64,000 nt of DNA from an uncultured Desulfarculus sp. (GTDB lineage: Bacteria; Desulfobacterota; Desulfarculia; Desulfarculales; Desulfarculaceae), in assembly GCA_963665125.2 (NCBI GenBank), contig CAXXUK010000001.1, positions 448,001-512,000 on the forward strand, written 5' to 3'. The translations under genes and the position numbers were made by a program. The notes below the pieces were generated by a model. It saw nothing but the letters and a program-made list of their open reading frames with translations, ran no database searches and had not been told where the DNA came from. This document shows, piece by piece, positions 30,075-39,597 of this stretch (position 1 is the stretch's first letter; each line of letters opens with the position of its first letter).

Positions 30075-31646
30075 GTGAGTGACGTCAGTGAAAAGCAAAA
30101 GGTCGCCCGAGCGGCCGGCGTAGTGGGCGCCGCCACCCTGGCCAGCCGGGTTTTCGGCTTTGTACGCGACCTGGTAATCGCCTATTTTTTCGGAGCCGGT
30201 CCGGCGGCGGACGCCTTTTTCGTGGCCTTCCGCATTCCCAACCTGATGCGTCGCCTGTTCGCCGAAGGCACCCTGACCATCGCTTTTATTCCGGTGTTCA
30301 CCGAGGTGCTCAAACAAAAGGGCCGCCAAGAGGCAATCATGCTGGCCAGGGCCACCTACACCCTGCTGGCCATGGTCCTGGCGGTGATCTGCGTTTTGGG
30401 CGTTATTTGGGCCGAATACATTGTGCGGGTGATCGCGCCGGGCTTTGAGCCGGGCGGCCAGACATATGAACTGGCCGTGCTTCTGACCCGCTGGTGTCTG
30501 CCGTTTATCTTTTTGATCAGCCTGATGGTCCTGGCCAGCGGCGTATTGAACTCCCTGGGCCACTTTTTCGCCCCGGCCGTGGCTCCGGCCCTGTTCAACG
30601 TTTCCATGATCGTCTGCGCCTATGCCTTCACCGACCGGGTGGACCCGCCGGTGTTGGCCCTGGCCGTCGGCGTGCTGGTGGGCGGTGTGGGCCAGCTTTT
30701 GTTGCAGGTCCCCTATCTGAAGGCCCGGGACATCGATATGCGGCCACTGTGGCAACCAGCCAATCCCGCCTTGCGCAGGGTGCTGCGCCTGATGGGGCCG
30801 GCTGCCTTCGGCGCGGCGGTGTATCAGCTGGCCGTGTTCATCAACACCCAGTTGGCCTCGATGTTGCCGGTGGGCAGCGTCAGCTATCTGTATTACGCCG
30901 ACCGGCTGATCCAGTTTCCCCTGGGCATCTTCGCCATTGCCGTGTCCACGGCCATTCTGCCCAGCCTGTCCCGTCAGGCGGCCGACGGCGACAAGGCAGC
31001 CCTGGTCGACACCATGGGCTATGGCCTGCGCCTGACCATGTTCATCACGGTTCCGGCCATGGTGGGCCTAGTGGTGCTGGCCCAGCCCCTGGTGGTGTTG
31101 TTGTTCGCCCGGGGCGAGTTCGGCCTTGAAACGGCCCAGGCCACGGCTGGCGCGGTTATCGGCTATGGCGTGGGCCTGTGGGCCTTTGCCGGGGTGCGTT
31201 CGGTGGTCCAGGCCTTCTACGCCCTCAAGGACACCAAGACGCCGGTCAAGGTGGCCGCGATATGCCTGGTCATCAATGTGGCGGCCAGTCTGTCGCTGAT
31301 GTGGTGGCTGGGTCACAGCGGCTTGGCGTTGGCCACCTCCCTTGCCGGAATGGCCAACCTGCTGGCCCTGCTGTGGCTGCTCAGAAAACGCACCGGGCCC
31401 TTGGGCGGCCGCAGGATTTTGCGCTCCTGCGCCTATATCGCCGCATGCAGCGCCGTTATGGGCCTGTTGTGCTGGCTGACGGCGAATTTGCCCGATTGGG
31501 GCGATCCGGCCGGCTGGCTGTGCAAATATCTGCGCCCCGTGGCCGCAATGGCCGTGGGCCTGGTCTGCTATCTGTTGTTGGCCTGGATGTTGCGGATGAA
31601 GGAGCTTGGCGAGTTGATGGCCGTCTTGGGCCGCCGCCGCAGGTAA
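30075..31646 (+). CDS. murJ: Lipid II flippase MurJ (MviN)
   Basis: SRVFGFVRD, DAFFVAFRIPNLMRRLFAEG, YYADRLIQFPLG. Confidence 0.95.
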   Translation: MSDVSEKQKVARAAGVVGAATLASRVFGFVRDLVIAYFFGAGPAADAFFVAFRIPNLMRRLFAEGTLTIAFIPVFTEVLKQKGRQEAIMLARATYTLLAMVLAVICVLGVIWAEYIVRVIAPGFEPGGQTYELAVLLTRWCLPFIFLISLMVLASGVLNSLGHFFAPAVAPALFNVSMIVCAYAFTDRVDPPVLALAVGVLVGGVGQLLLQVPYLKARDIDMRPLWQPANPALRRVLRLMGPAAFGAAVYQLAVFINTQLASMLPVGSVSYLYYADRLIQFPLGIFAIAVSTAILPSLSRQAADGDKAALVDTMGYGLRLTMFITVPAMVGLVVLAQPLVVLLFARGEFGLETAQATAGAVIGYGVGLWAFAGVRSVVQAFYALKDTKTPVKVAAICLVINVAASLSLMWWLGHSGLALATSLAGMANLLALLWLLRKRTGPLGGRRILRSCAYIAACSAVMGLLCWLTANLPDWGDPAGWLCKYLRPVAAMAVGLVCYLLLAWMLRMKELGELMAVLGRRRR

Positions 31647-31699
31647 AAAACAGGGCCGGGCGTTTCAGCCCGGCCCGTTGATCCATGGTTGGATGATGC

Positions 31700-32023
31700 T
31701 TAGGATTTGATGCGTCCCTGGATGCGGCCCGCGCCGTCGACCAAGTATATGTTAAAGCCGTGTTCGTCGGCCTGCTGCCGGACCAAATCTTTATGCATGG
31801 CCTCCACCTGGCGCAGGGTGTCCGGGTGGCCCGCCGGGGGCAGAAGCCGCAGCAGGGTTTCTGCTTCGAATTTTTCTGCGGTAACCGGCACGAACTGCGT
31901 GCCATCTTCGTCGGCAAGGCCCAGCAGACTCTCAAACCAACCAGTGTCCGTTTCCTTGGAACGCTCGGTAACGGTGATCACCCAGTAATAGTCTTCCGGG
32001 TTTACTTCGTTTTTTTTCTGCAT
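31700..32023 (-). CDS. Hypothetical protein
   Basis: About 107-aa ORF (MQKKNEVNPEDYYWVIT...) filling the gap after a shared hairpin at about 31653-31678. Confidence 0.6.
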   Translation of the reverse strand: MQKKNEVNPEDYYWVITVTERSKETDTGWFESLLGLADEDGTQFVPVTAEKFEAETLLRLLPPAGHPDTLRQVEAMHKDLVRQQADEHGFNIYLVDGAGRIQGRIKS

Positions 32024-32136
32024 ATTTATCGCGCTTTCCGGGCAGCAAGCCGCCGCCAGCAAATTTGTCATCAACACCGGCCAGCAAGGCCTAGGTAGAA
32101 TCTATGACCGCTTAGCGGCAACGTCAAGGGCCAAGC

Positions 32137-32910
32137 TCAGACCCTGGCGCTGAATCCCTCGGCGTAGAGCTTGCGCAGGCGCAGAACCTTGGTTTGGTAG
32201 TTGCGGGTTTCGGCCGGGGGACGGCCGCCGTTTTCCACATTGGAGGGCCCCCAGTTGTAAGCCATCAGGGCCTTGCCCACATCGCCGTCAAAGCGCCTGA
32301 TCATCTGACCCAGATAGCGCACGCCGCCGTCGACATTTTGCTCCGGGTCCCAAGGGTCGCTTACCCCCAGGTCCTTGGCCGTCTCGGGCATCAGCTGCAT
32401 CAGGCCCATGGCCCCGGCGTGGGACAGGACGTTGGGGTCGAAGTCGCTCTCGGCAGTGACAACGGCCCTGGCCAGGTGGGGGTCGATGCCGTGGCGGCGG
32501 GCCGTGCGCACCACCATATCGTCAAGCTTTTGGCGATATGCCTTTTGGGCCTGGGCCAGATTGACGCTGGCGGTTGCCGAATTGTTGACGCTTTCGTCGC
32601 GGCGCACAGGAAGGGCCTTTTCCTGGACTATCGGCGTTTCATCCGATTGCACCACGGGCTGCTGGCCGTAGACCCTGGCCTTGGCCCCGGCGATATTCAG
32701 ATTGGGCGCCGGAGCCTCGCTGTTGCCGATTCGGGCGGCGCTCTGATTTATCATCAATTCCGCCAGCTTGGTCAATAGCTGCTGATCGCCGCGTTCGCTG
32801 GCTGAACGGATCAGGGCCGCCAGATCGGCCGGGTTTGATTGGGCGGTCTTGGGCGCCGGTAGGCCGCGGCCAATCCCCGGCTGGACGATTTCACTGGATG
32901 CGACTCTCAT
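32137..32910 (-). CDS. Lytic transglycosylase (SLT domain)
   Basis: AESDFDP..SHAGAMGLMQLMPETA, NVDGGVRYL, AYNWGP, ETRNY. Confidence 0.9.
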   Translation of the reverse strand: MRVASSEIVQPGIGRGLPAPKTAQSNPADLAALIRSASERGDQQLLTKLAELMINQSAARIGNSEAPAPNLNIAGAKARVYGQQPVVQSDETPIVQEKALPVRRDESVNNSATASVNLAQAQKAYRQKLDDMVVRTARRHGIDPHLARAVVTAESDFDPNVLSHAGAMGLMQLMPETAKDLGVSDPWDPEQNVDGGVRYLGQMIRRFDGDVGKALMAYNWGPSNVENGGRPPAETRNYQTKVLRLRKLYAEGFSARV

Positions 32911-32949
32911 CTCAAACTCCCTGCTTTGTTTGATTGCCGGTGATTATTC

Positions 32950-32964
32950 GCAAAATGCGGGCCA
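32950..32964 (-). promoter_or_regulatory. Sigma54 (-24/-12) promoter of the SLT gene
   Basis: Minus strand TGGCCCGCATTTTGC matches TGGCACG-N4-TTGC with one mismatch, 40 nt upstream of ATG. Confidence 0.6.
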
Positions 32965-33038
32965 AGTGCACACCGCCCTTGCCCGGCGGGCCCCCGAGTA
33001 GGCAGAATTGACTAAACGAGTCTTTCAGGGAGGAACCC

Positions 33039-34619
33039 ATGCAAATGGAGCAATGGGGTGTTTGTGATATAAACCGCCGGGACTTTCTCCATGCGGCTGG
33101 AGCCGCCGCCCTGGCCGTGCCGGTGTGGCTGGGCGCGGTGGGCAGGCCTCATCTGGCTTTGGCCGCCCAGGACGCGGCGCCCTGCGGAGATTATTTCGCC
33201 ACGGCCTTCGGCATCGGCGACGAGGACTGCCGCAAGGTGCTGAGAAGGGCCATGGACGGCGGCGGCGATTTCGCTGACCTGTTTTTTCAGCACAGCGTGT
33301 CCAACTGGATCGTGCTGGAAAACGGCAAGGTCAACCGGGCCTTCACCAGCGTGGCCCTGGGCGTGGGCGTGCGGGTTGTCCGGGGACAGCGCAGCGGCTA
33401 CGCCTTTGCCCAGGCCATGGACCTGCCGGTGCTGCTGGAGACGGCGGCCAACGCCGCGGCCCTGGCCGCCGCGGGAGGATCGCCCCAGGGCGCCAGGGGT
33501 GTGGAAGTGGCCCATCCGGCCCTGAAACCGGGGCTGGACCTCTATCCGGTGAACACGCCGTGGGACGAGGTGCCGGTCCCGCAACGCATGAAGCTGGTCC
33601 GCGAGGTGGAATCGCGGATTTTTGCGGCCGACAAAAGGATAGTCAAGGCCACGGTGCAACTGCGCGACACCTCCAGCCAGGTCATGGTCGTCACCAGCGA
33701 GGGCGTCAAACGCTGCGACATGAGGCCCCGCACGGGCCTGGTGGCCAGCGTGGTGGCCGAACACGACGGCCGCCGGGAAAACAACCACTACGACGTGACG
33801 GCCAGGACCGGGGTTGAACTGTTCGACCAGGAAGTGCTGGCCGAGATCGCCGACGGCGCGGTGGACCGGACTCTTCGCCTGTTCGAGGCCCGGCCCATGC
33901 GGCCCGGCGAAATGCCCCTGGTCATGGCCGCGGGCTCGTCGGGCATATTGCTGCACGAGGCCATCGGCCACGGCCTGGAGGCCGACTTCAACAAACGAAA
34001 CATCAGTACCTTTTCCGGGCGTCTGGGCCAGAAGGTGGCCGGGCCAGAGGTCACGGTGGTGGACGATGGGACCATCGCGGCCTCCCACGGGGCCATCAAT
34101 TTCGACGACGAGGGCTCGGACAGCCAGCGCACGGTCCTGGTGGAAAAGGGCGTGCTCTCATCGTATCTGCACGACCGCATGACCGCCGATTTCTATAAAA
34201 CAGCCACCACGGGCAACTGCCGCCGCCAGAGCTTCGAGTACGCGCCCATGCCCCGCATGCGGGCCACATACATGGAGCCCGGCCCGCACAAGGCGGCGGA
34301 GATCATCGCCAGCGTCAAAGACGGCCTCTACGCTGAGCAGTTCACTAACGGCCAAGTGGATATCGGCTCGGGCAGTTTCAGTTTTTACGTAAAAAGCGGC
34401 TGGGCCATAGAAGGCGGCAAGTTGACCTACCCGGTCAAGGACATAAACGTGATCGGCAACGGGCCCGAGGTCTTGGGCCGCATATCCATGGTGGCCGACG
34501 ATCTGGCTCTGGCCCGCAGCGGATTCACCTGCGGCAAGATGGGCCAGAGCGTGCCCGTGAGCCAGGGGCTGCCCACCGCCCTTGTGTCATCCATAAACGT
34601 GGGAGGGGCTCATGGCTGA
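33039..34619 (+). CDS. tldD: TldD metalloprotease with an N-terminal Tat-like signal
   Basis: LLHEAIGHGLEAD (HExxxH), FDDEG, MPRM, CGKMGQSVPV; N-terminal RRDFLH. Confidence 0.9.
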   Translation: MQMEQWGVCDINRRDFLHAAGAAALAVPVWLGAVGRPHLALAAQDAAPCGDYFATAFGIGDEDCRKVLRRAMDGGGDFADLFFQHSVSNWIVLENGKVNRAFTSVALGVGVRVVRGQRSGYAFAQAMDLPVLLETAANAAALAAAGGSPQGARGVEVAHPALKPGLDLYPVNTPWDEVPVPQRMKLVREVESRIFAADKRIVKATVQLRDTSSQVMVVTSEGVKRCDMRPRTGLVASVVAEHDGRRENNHYDVTARTGVELFDQEVLAEIADGAVDRTLRLFEARPMRPGEMPLVMAAGSSGILLHEAIGHGLEADFNKRNISTFSGRLGQKVAGPEVTVVDDGTIAASHGAINFDDEGSDSQRTVLVEKGVLSSYLHDRMTADFYKTATTGNCRRQSFEYAPMPRMRATYMEPGPHKAAEIIASVKDGLYAEQFTNGQVDIGSGSFSFYVKSGWAIEGGKLTYPVKDINVIGNGPEVLGRISMVADDLALARSGFTCGKMGQSVPVSQGLPTALVSSINVGGAHG

Positions 34620-35973
34620 GACCAGACAGCAGAAGATGCAACGCCACGCGGCCCTGGCCCTGGATTTGGCTAAAAAGGCCGGGGCGTCCCAGGCGGCCGT
34701 GGATGTGAGCCACTCCCGGTTCGCCCAGGCCAGCTTTCGCGACGGCGACATGGACCGGGCGTCGTCCTCGGCCAAGCAGGGCCTGAGCCTCAGCCTGTTC
34801 ATCGAGGGCCGCTACGCCGTGCACAGCACCAGCGACCTGCGGGCTGACGCCCTGTCCGAGTTTGTCCGGGACGCCGCGGCCATGACCAAACTGCTCGAGC
34901 CAGACCCCCTGCGCTCTCTGCCGCCGGAGGACCTGCTGGCCAAGCCGCCGGAGCCGGACCTGCGCGTCTATGACCAGGCCGTAGCCGACAAGTCCGCCGA
35001 ATTTTGGGTGGAGCGTGCCGCCCTCATGGATGAACTGTGTAAGGAGGTGGCGGCAGACGCGCCCTACAAGCTGGTGGGCACCCAGAGCGGGTCCTATGGC
35101 GAAAAGGCATCCGAGTTGATGGCCAACAGCGAGGGCTTCATGGGCGGCCTCAGCGAGACGGTGTGCTACAACAGCGCCAACCTGGTGTTCATGGACCCGG
35201 GCAATGCCGGAGCCCGTCAGATGGGCTTCTGGGGCGAAATAGACCGCACTTTGGCGGGCATCGGCGGCCGGGGCCAGATGACCGCCGTGGCCCAGATCGC
35301 CTTGGAGCGGGCGGCTCGCCAGATGAACGCCAAGCCCGGCCCTTCGGGCAAATTCCCGGTGGCCGTGGAAAACATCGCCGCCACCAAATTGGTCCAGGAC
35401 CTGCTAAGTTGCCTGGCCGGAGCGGCGGTTGACCAGAAACGCTCCTGGCTTAGCGAAAGCCTGGGCCAGGTCATGGGCAGCCCTCTGCTGACGCTCGTCG
35501 ACGATCCGCTCATTTGGGGCGGACTGGGTTCGCGCTGGTACGACAATGAAGGCATGGCCGTGGGCCGCCGGGAGTTGATCAAACGGGGCGTGCTGGATCA
35601 GTTCCTGCTCAACACCTATTACGCCAAGCGCCTGAAAATGAAACCCAACAGCGGCTCCACCAGCAACGTGACCATTGAGCCGACCCATGGTCATGGTTTC
35701 GCGGACCTGCTGGCCGTACTGCAAAACGGTCTGGCCGTGACCAGCTTCCTGGGCGGCAATTTCAACGCCACCACGGGCGATTTTTCCTTTGGCGTACGCG
35801 GGCTGTGGATCGAAGGCGGCAAGGTGGCCCAGGCGGTCAAGGACATGAACATGTCCGGCAATTACCGTGGGCTTTGGTCCGGGCTTGCCGCGGTGGGCGG
35901 CGATCCGTATCCCCATTCCCGCATCGGCGCGCCGAGCATGGTCTTCAGCGAGGTGCAATTGGCCGGGGCATAG
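34612..35973 (+). CDS. pmbA: PmbA/TldE
   Basis: Overlaps tldD, no HExxH; YDNEG, TTGDFSFG..GLWIEGG. Confidence 0.85.
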   Translation: MAETRQQKMQRHAALALDLAKKAGASQAAVDVSHSRFAQASFRDGDMDRASSSAKQGLSLSLFIEGRYAVHSTSDLRADALSEFVRDAAAMTKLLEPDPLRSLPPEDLLAKPPEPDLRVYDQAVADKSAEFWVERAALMDELCKEVAADAPYKLVGTQSGSYGEKASELMANSEGFMGGLSETVCYNSANLVFMDPGNAGARQMGFWGEIDRTLAGIGGRGQMTAVAQIALERAARQMNAKPGPSGKFPVAVENIAATKLVQDLLSCLAGAAVDQKRSWLSESLGQVMGSPLLTLVDDPLIWGGLGSRWYDNEGMAVGRRELIKRGVLDQFLLNTYYAKRLKMKPNSGSTSNVTIEPTHGHGFADLLAVLQNGLAVTSFLGGNFNATTGDFSFGVRGLWIEGGKVAQAVKDMNMSGNYRGLWSGLAAVGGDPYPHSRIGAPSMVFSEVQLAGA

Positions 35974-36052
35974 CTTGCGCCGGGCCGCCGGCTGCGCTAT
36001 GGTGGATGCCGCGCCGTGTTGGCGGGGCATTGCTCAAATACTGCGAGGAATA

Positions 36053-36676
36053 ATGGGACTTTTCAAAGGTAGCGCCTCCATAAGCCGCTATGAGGCCACG
36101 GTCAGCGACCGCATCGGCTTCTGGGATTTCGTGGACGAACGGGTGCGCATGTTCGCCTTCCGGGATATCGAAGACAGCGCCGATGAAGTGGCCGTGGGTT
36201 GGGTCTCGGCAACGGATTTCATGGACACGGCCTTTCAATACGCCTCGTACGCCTTGGACCCATACGTGGTCATGGGTCTGCGCATCGACAGGCGCAAGCT
36301 GCCGGCCGGGGTGCTGCAAAAGTATTTCCGCATGGCCGTGGCCAAGGCCAAGGCCATGCGCGAGGACGGGGTCATCAGCCGGGCCGAGCGGGAGACGCTC
36401 AAGGAAAAGGTCAAGCTGGATCTGCTGACCCGCATTCCGCCGGGCACCCAGGTGTTCGACGTGGTCTGGGACACGGCCAAGGGAACGGTGTGGTTCGGCG
36501 GGGCCTCCAGATCGATGCTGGATATATTCGAGGACTATTTCCGGCGCTGCTTCCAGGTGGAACTGATGCCCCGGCTGCCGTATTTCATGGCCCGGTCACT
36601 GCTGCCCGGCGAGGAAAACACCCAACGCCTGGAGCATGCTGCACCTTGGGATCTTAGCGGCGGGGAGGCGGCCTGA
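36053..36676 (+). CDS. rdgC: RdgC-like recombination-associated protein (short form)
   Basis: MGLFKGSAS..RY, GWVS, LRIDRRKLP, FDVVWD. Confidence 0.7.
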   Translation: MGLFKGSASISRYEATVSDRIGFWDFVDERVRMFAFRDIEDSADEVAVGWVSATDFMDTAFQYASYALDPYVVMGLRIDRRKLPAGVLQKYFRMAVAKAKAMREDGVISRAERETLKEKVKLDLLTRIPPGTQVFDVVWDTAKGTVWFGGASRSMLDIFEDYFRRCFQVELMPRLPYFMARSLLPGEENTQRLEHAAPWDLSGGEAA

Positions 36677-37194
36677 TGGACGTACTGAGCCTTCTTAACG
36701 AATACGTGTTTCTGGGTCAGGAGTTTCTGACCTGGCTTTGGTATGAAAGCGAGACCGAGCAGCAGCTGACCCTGGACAGCGGCAAACAGGTCTTGTTGAT
36801 GCTGGGCGACCGCTTGGTCTTGGGGCCGGTGCAGGGCTCCGAGGGCGTGCGGGTCACGGTCAAGGGCCAGGAGGTGTCATTGGCCGAGGCCAGGGAGGCC
36901 CTGCGCCGAGGCAAGCAGGTGGAGGCCATGCGCCTGGGCCTGGAGATCGACGGCGAGGAGTTTTGGATGAACCTGCGGGGCGCGGACCTGGCCGTGTCAT
37001 CCATGCGCATGCCGCCCACCGCGCCGGGCGAAGACGGCGAGGAGGGCCTGATTCTGGAGCGCATCGCTCTGGCCGAAACGGCGCTGGCCACCATTGAGGA
37101 GCTTTTCGGGCGCTATCTGGCCCGCCGTTTGGATGACCACCAGGCCCAGGAACTGTTGCGGGACCTGCGGCAGTGGGTGGCCGGGCAGGAGTAG
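36676..37194 (+). CDS. Hypothetical protein, partner of the short RdgC
   Basis: FLGQEFLTWLW, EAREALRRGK, LERI; translationally coupled (TGATG). Confidence 0.7.
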   Translation: MDVLSLLNEYVFLGQEFLTWLWYESETEQQLTLDSGKQVLLMLGDRLVLGPVQGSEGVRVTVKGQEVSLAEAREALRRGKQVEAMRLGLEIDGEEFWMNLRGADLAVSSMRMPPTAPGEDGEEGLILERIALAETALATIEELFGRYLARRLDDHQAQELLRDLRQWVAGQE

Positions 37195-37201
37195 GGCGCT
37201 G

Positions 37202-37513
37202 ATGGTCAGGGTGCTGTTTCAGCTATTGATAATCGTGCTGTTGAGCCTGTCGCTGCTATTGTACATCACCTACCGCGGCATGGGCCCAATGACCGATGCA
37301 GAGGCCCTGGTGCGCTGGAGCGCCCTGGTGGTCCAGGACGCCCCGTCAGCGAACTTTGTAAAGGAGATATACGGCACAGGCCCGCCGCAGTGGGCCATGC
37401 GCCTGTCGGTGGCCTGGGAGCGGGCCAATGTGCTGCATTTCTGGTGGCTGCCCCTGGTGCTCCTGGGTGCGTTGTGGTTGGTCAACCGCTCCGTCAGGCG
37501 GCGATCGGGCTAG
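37202..37513 (+). CDS. Small membrane protein
   Basis: Two hydrophobic segments; GGAG RBS; 103 aa. Confidence 0.6.
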   Translation: MVRVLFQLLIIVLLSLSLLLYITYRGMGPMTDAEALVRWSALVVQDAPSANFVKEIYGTGPPQWAMRLSVAWERANVLHFWWLPLVLLGALWLVNRSVRRRSG

Positions 37514-37941
37514 CCTTTGGCCGCGTTGGCCGCCGCCGTGCTGATGCGGTCCTTGATGTAGCCGATCACCGACAGATCATCGGCATCGGCGTCAAAGCAG
37601 TACCCATCCGACCCCAGCAGGCCGCCGGGGATGATGTCTCCGGCCTCGTCGGGGTCATCGACCTCGTCGGCGTAAAAACACACCGACAGCACCATTTCGT
37701 CGCCCATGGGCACGGCATCGGCCATGCAGAACAGTGGGCGCTCCCGCCCGTCGGGACGCGGGGACACATCCAATCGCAGGCTGTTGGTTATGCCGGGCCT
37801 GGCGATGAATTCCCAGGCAACCCCGTCGATGGACTCGGCGTGCTCCTTTAGCGAGACATAAGCCTCTTTGACATCGGCCTGGTCTTCAGGCCAGGTGTCC
37901 AACAATTTTTGTAATTCCTGTGCGCCCTTGTTTTCAGCCAT
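37510..37941 (-). CDS. Conserved hypothetical protein
   Basis: GGAGG RBS; RPG..SLR, RPLF.M.D, LSVCFYAD..DPDE.GD..PGGLLG.DG.CFD. Confidence 0.7.
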   Translation of the reverse strand: MAENKGAQELQKLLDTWPEDQADVKEAYVSLKEHAESIDGVAWEFIARPGITNSLRLDVSPRPDGRERPLFCMADAVPMGDEMVLSVCFYADEVDDPDEAGDIIPGGLLGSDGYCFDADADDLSVIGYIKDRISTAAANAAKG

Positions 37942-37996
37942 AGCTGCCTCCATATAGCAAAGATCGTCCAATTCCAGCGGCGCGATCGTTGGTCCG

Positions 37997-38551
37997 TCAG
38001 TCCAGTTGCCCGAGCTTTTTCTTCAGTTCCCGGCGGCGCTTGAGGTCGGCGTCGTCCGGGTCGACTCCGCTGACCTTGAAATACTCCTCAAGGTATTTGA
38101 GGGCCGCGGCGGGCTTGCCCTGCTGCTCGTAAATGATCGAACTCATCATGTACGCGGCCGGGAGCATCATCCGCAGCACCTTGTACATGGATTCGTTGGG
38201 GTTGTGCGTGTAATAGGCGATGACCCGTTCTTGTTTGTCGGTGATGGTCTTGAAGTCGGCCAGGGCCTCGTTGTATTTGTGCTGCACAAAGTAGGACATG
38301 CCCCGGTTCTGATAGGTGTAGAGTTCCTGGGCCCAGTTGAGTTTGCCTGATTTCAGGGCCTCCTGGCAGGCGTCGAACACCAGCTTGAAATCGCCGGTCT
38401 GCTCGGCCTGGGCGATTTTATTGATCAACTCAGCGCCCGGGTCGGTTTGCTGCGCCTGGGCTGTCGGCTGGGCTTGTTCTTGGGCGGCCATGGCCGGCAC
38501 GGCCAGGCAGACCAGGGCGGCTGCGATTATCAAGGCCTTTGTCAGATTCAT
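37997..38551 (-). CDS. Exported TPR-like protein
   Basis: Signal peptide (AVPAMA), TPR-like YQNRGMSYF...YNEALADF. Confidence 0.7.
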   Translation of the reverse strand: MNLTKALIIAAALVCLAVPAMAAQEQAQPTAQAQQTDPGAELINKIAQAEQTGDFKLVFDACQEALKSGKLNWAQELYTYQNRGMSYFVQHKYNEALADFKTITDKQERVIAYYTHNPNESMYKVLRMMLPAAYMMSSIIYEQQGKPAAALKYLEEYFKVSGVDPDDADLKRRRELKKKLGQLD

Positions 38552-38645
38552 GGATCGGCTCCATTTGATGTTTGCAACGGGGATTATTGTGGCACAGCAA
38601 CCCCCGGCGGGCAAGCGAACCGGCGCTGCCGGGGGCTATGGCATG

Positions 38646-38673
38646 AAAAAAGCCGGTTTGATACCGGCTTTTT
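38646..38673 (-). terminator. Intrinsic terminator downstream of tRNA-Ala
   Basis: aaaaagccggt-ttgat-accggcttttt with U-tracts on both strands. Confidence 0.75.
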
Positions 38674-38680
38674 GCGTTTA

Positions 38681-38756
38681 TGGTGGAGCCGAGCGGGCTC
38701 GAACCGCCGACCTGCGCGTTGCGAACGCGCCGCTCTCCCAGCTGAGCTACGGCCCC
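38681..38756 (-). tRNA. tRNA-Ala (CGC)
   Basis: GGGGCCGTAGCTCAG...TT CGC AA...GGTTCGAGCCC...GCTCCACCA; G3:U70 pair. Confidence 0.95.
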
Positions 38757-38789
38757 ATGATGGTGTGCGCCCATAGCGGCGCAGTGGTT

Positions 38790-38818
38790 TTTATACAGTC
38801 CCGGAGCGCCAAAGTCAA
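38790..38818 (-). promoter_or_regulatory. Sigma70 promoter of tRNA-Ala
   Basis: TTGACT-17 nt-TATAAA on the minus strand. Confidence 0.6.
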
Positions 38819-39009
38819 CAGCGCCAACAACGGCGAAGGCCCTGAAATCAAAGTTTATCATCGGCAAATTGATGGTTTCGGGGGCTCGACACCAGGCCCC
38901 CGGCATGCTAGCATCGCTTTCATGATGCGGCGGATGACCCGCGCAAGGGGCAAACGCCACGGGAACCCGCCTTTGAAACAAGGCGCAGATTCGGATGGCG
39001 AGGAGCATT

Positions 39010-39597
39010 ATGGGCCGTGCGGCAAAGTTGGAGCGCAATACCAAGGAAACCAAGATCAAGCTGAGCCTCGATCTTGACGGCACCGGCAATGCCGATATCC
39101 AGACCGGCGTGGGCTTTTTCGACCACATGCTGACCCACATAGCCTTTCACGGCCGGTTTGACCTCAGCGTGCGGGCCCAGGGCGACCTGGAAGTGGATTC
39201 CCACCACACGGTGGAGGACGTGGGCATCTGCCTGGGCGCGGCCCTGAAGCAGGCCCTTGGCGACAAGGCGGGCATCACTCGTTTCGGCAGCGCCTTCGTG
39301 CCCATGGACGAATCCCTGGCCCAGGTGGTGCTGGACTTGAGCAACCGGCCTCTGATGAGCTTCAAGGCCGAAAAAATCCCCGGCACGGTTGGCGCCTTTG
39401 ACGGCCAGCTTGCCGAGGAGTTTTGGCGGGCCCTGGCCAACAGCGCGGGCATCACTCTGCATGTGATCTTGCACTACGGCACCAATGACCACCACCTGCT
39501 GGAAGCTGCCTTCAAGGCCCTGGGTCGGGCGCTGAAACAGGCCGTGGCCATCGATCCCACCGCGCCGGGCGTGGTTTCCACAAAGGGGGTGTTGTGA
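39010..39597 (+). CDS. hisB: Imidazoleglycerol-phosphate dehydratase
   Basis: RNTKET, FFDHML, DSHHTVED, PMDESL, NDHHLLEAAFKA. Confidence 0.97.
   Translation: MGRAAKLERNTKETKIKLSLDLDGTGNADIQTGVGFFDHMLTHIAFHGRFDLSVRAQGDLEVDSHHTVEDVGICLGAALKQALGDKAGITRFGSAFVPMDESLAQVVLDLSNRPLMSFKAEKIPGTVGAFDGQLAEEFWRALANSAGITLHVILHYGTNDHHLLEAAFKALGRALKQAVAIDPTAPGVVSTKGVL

Noticed and set aside
21691..38756. tRNA-anchored genomic island or prophage
   Set aside because: No integrase, no duplicated tRNA 3' end, and the intervening genes are housekeeping.
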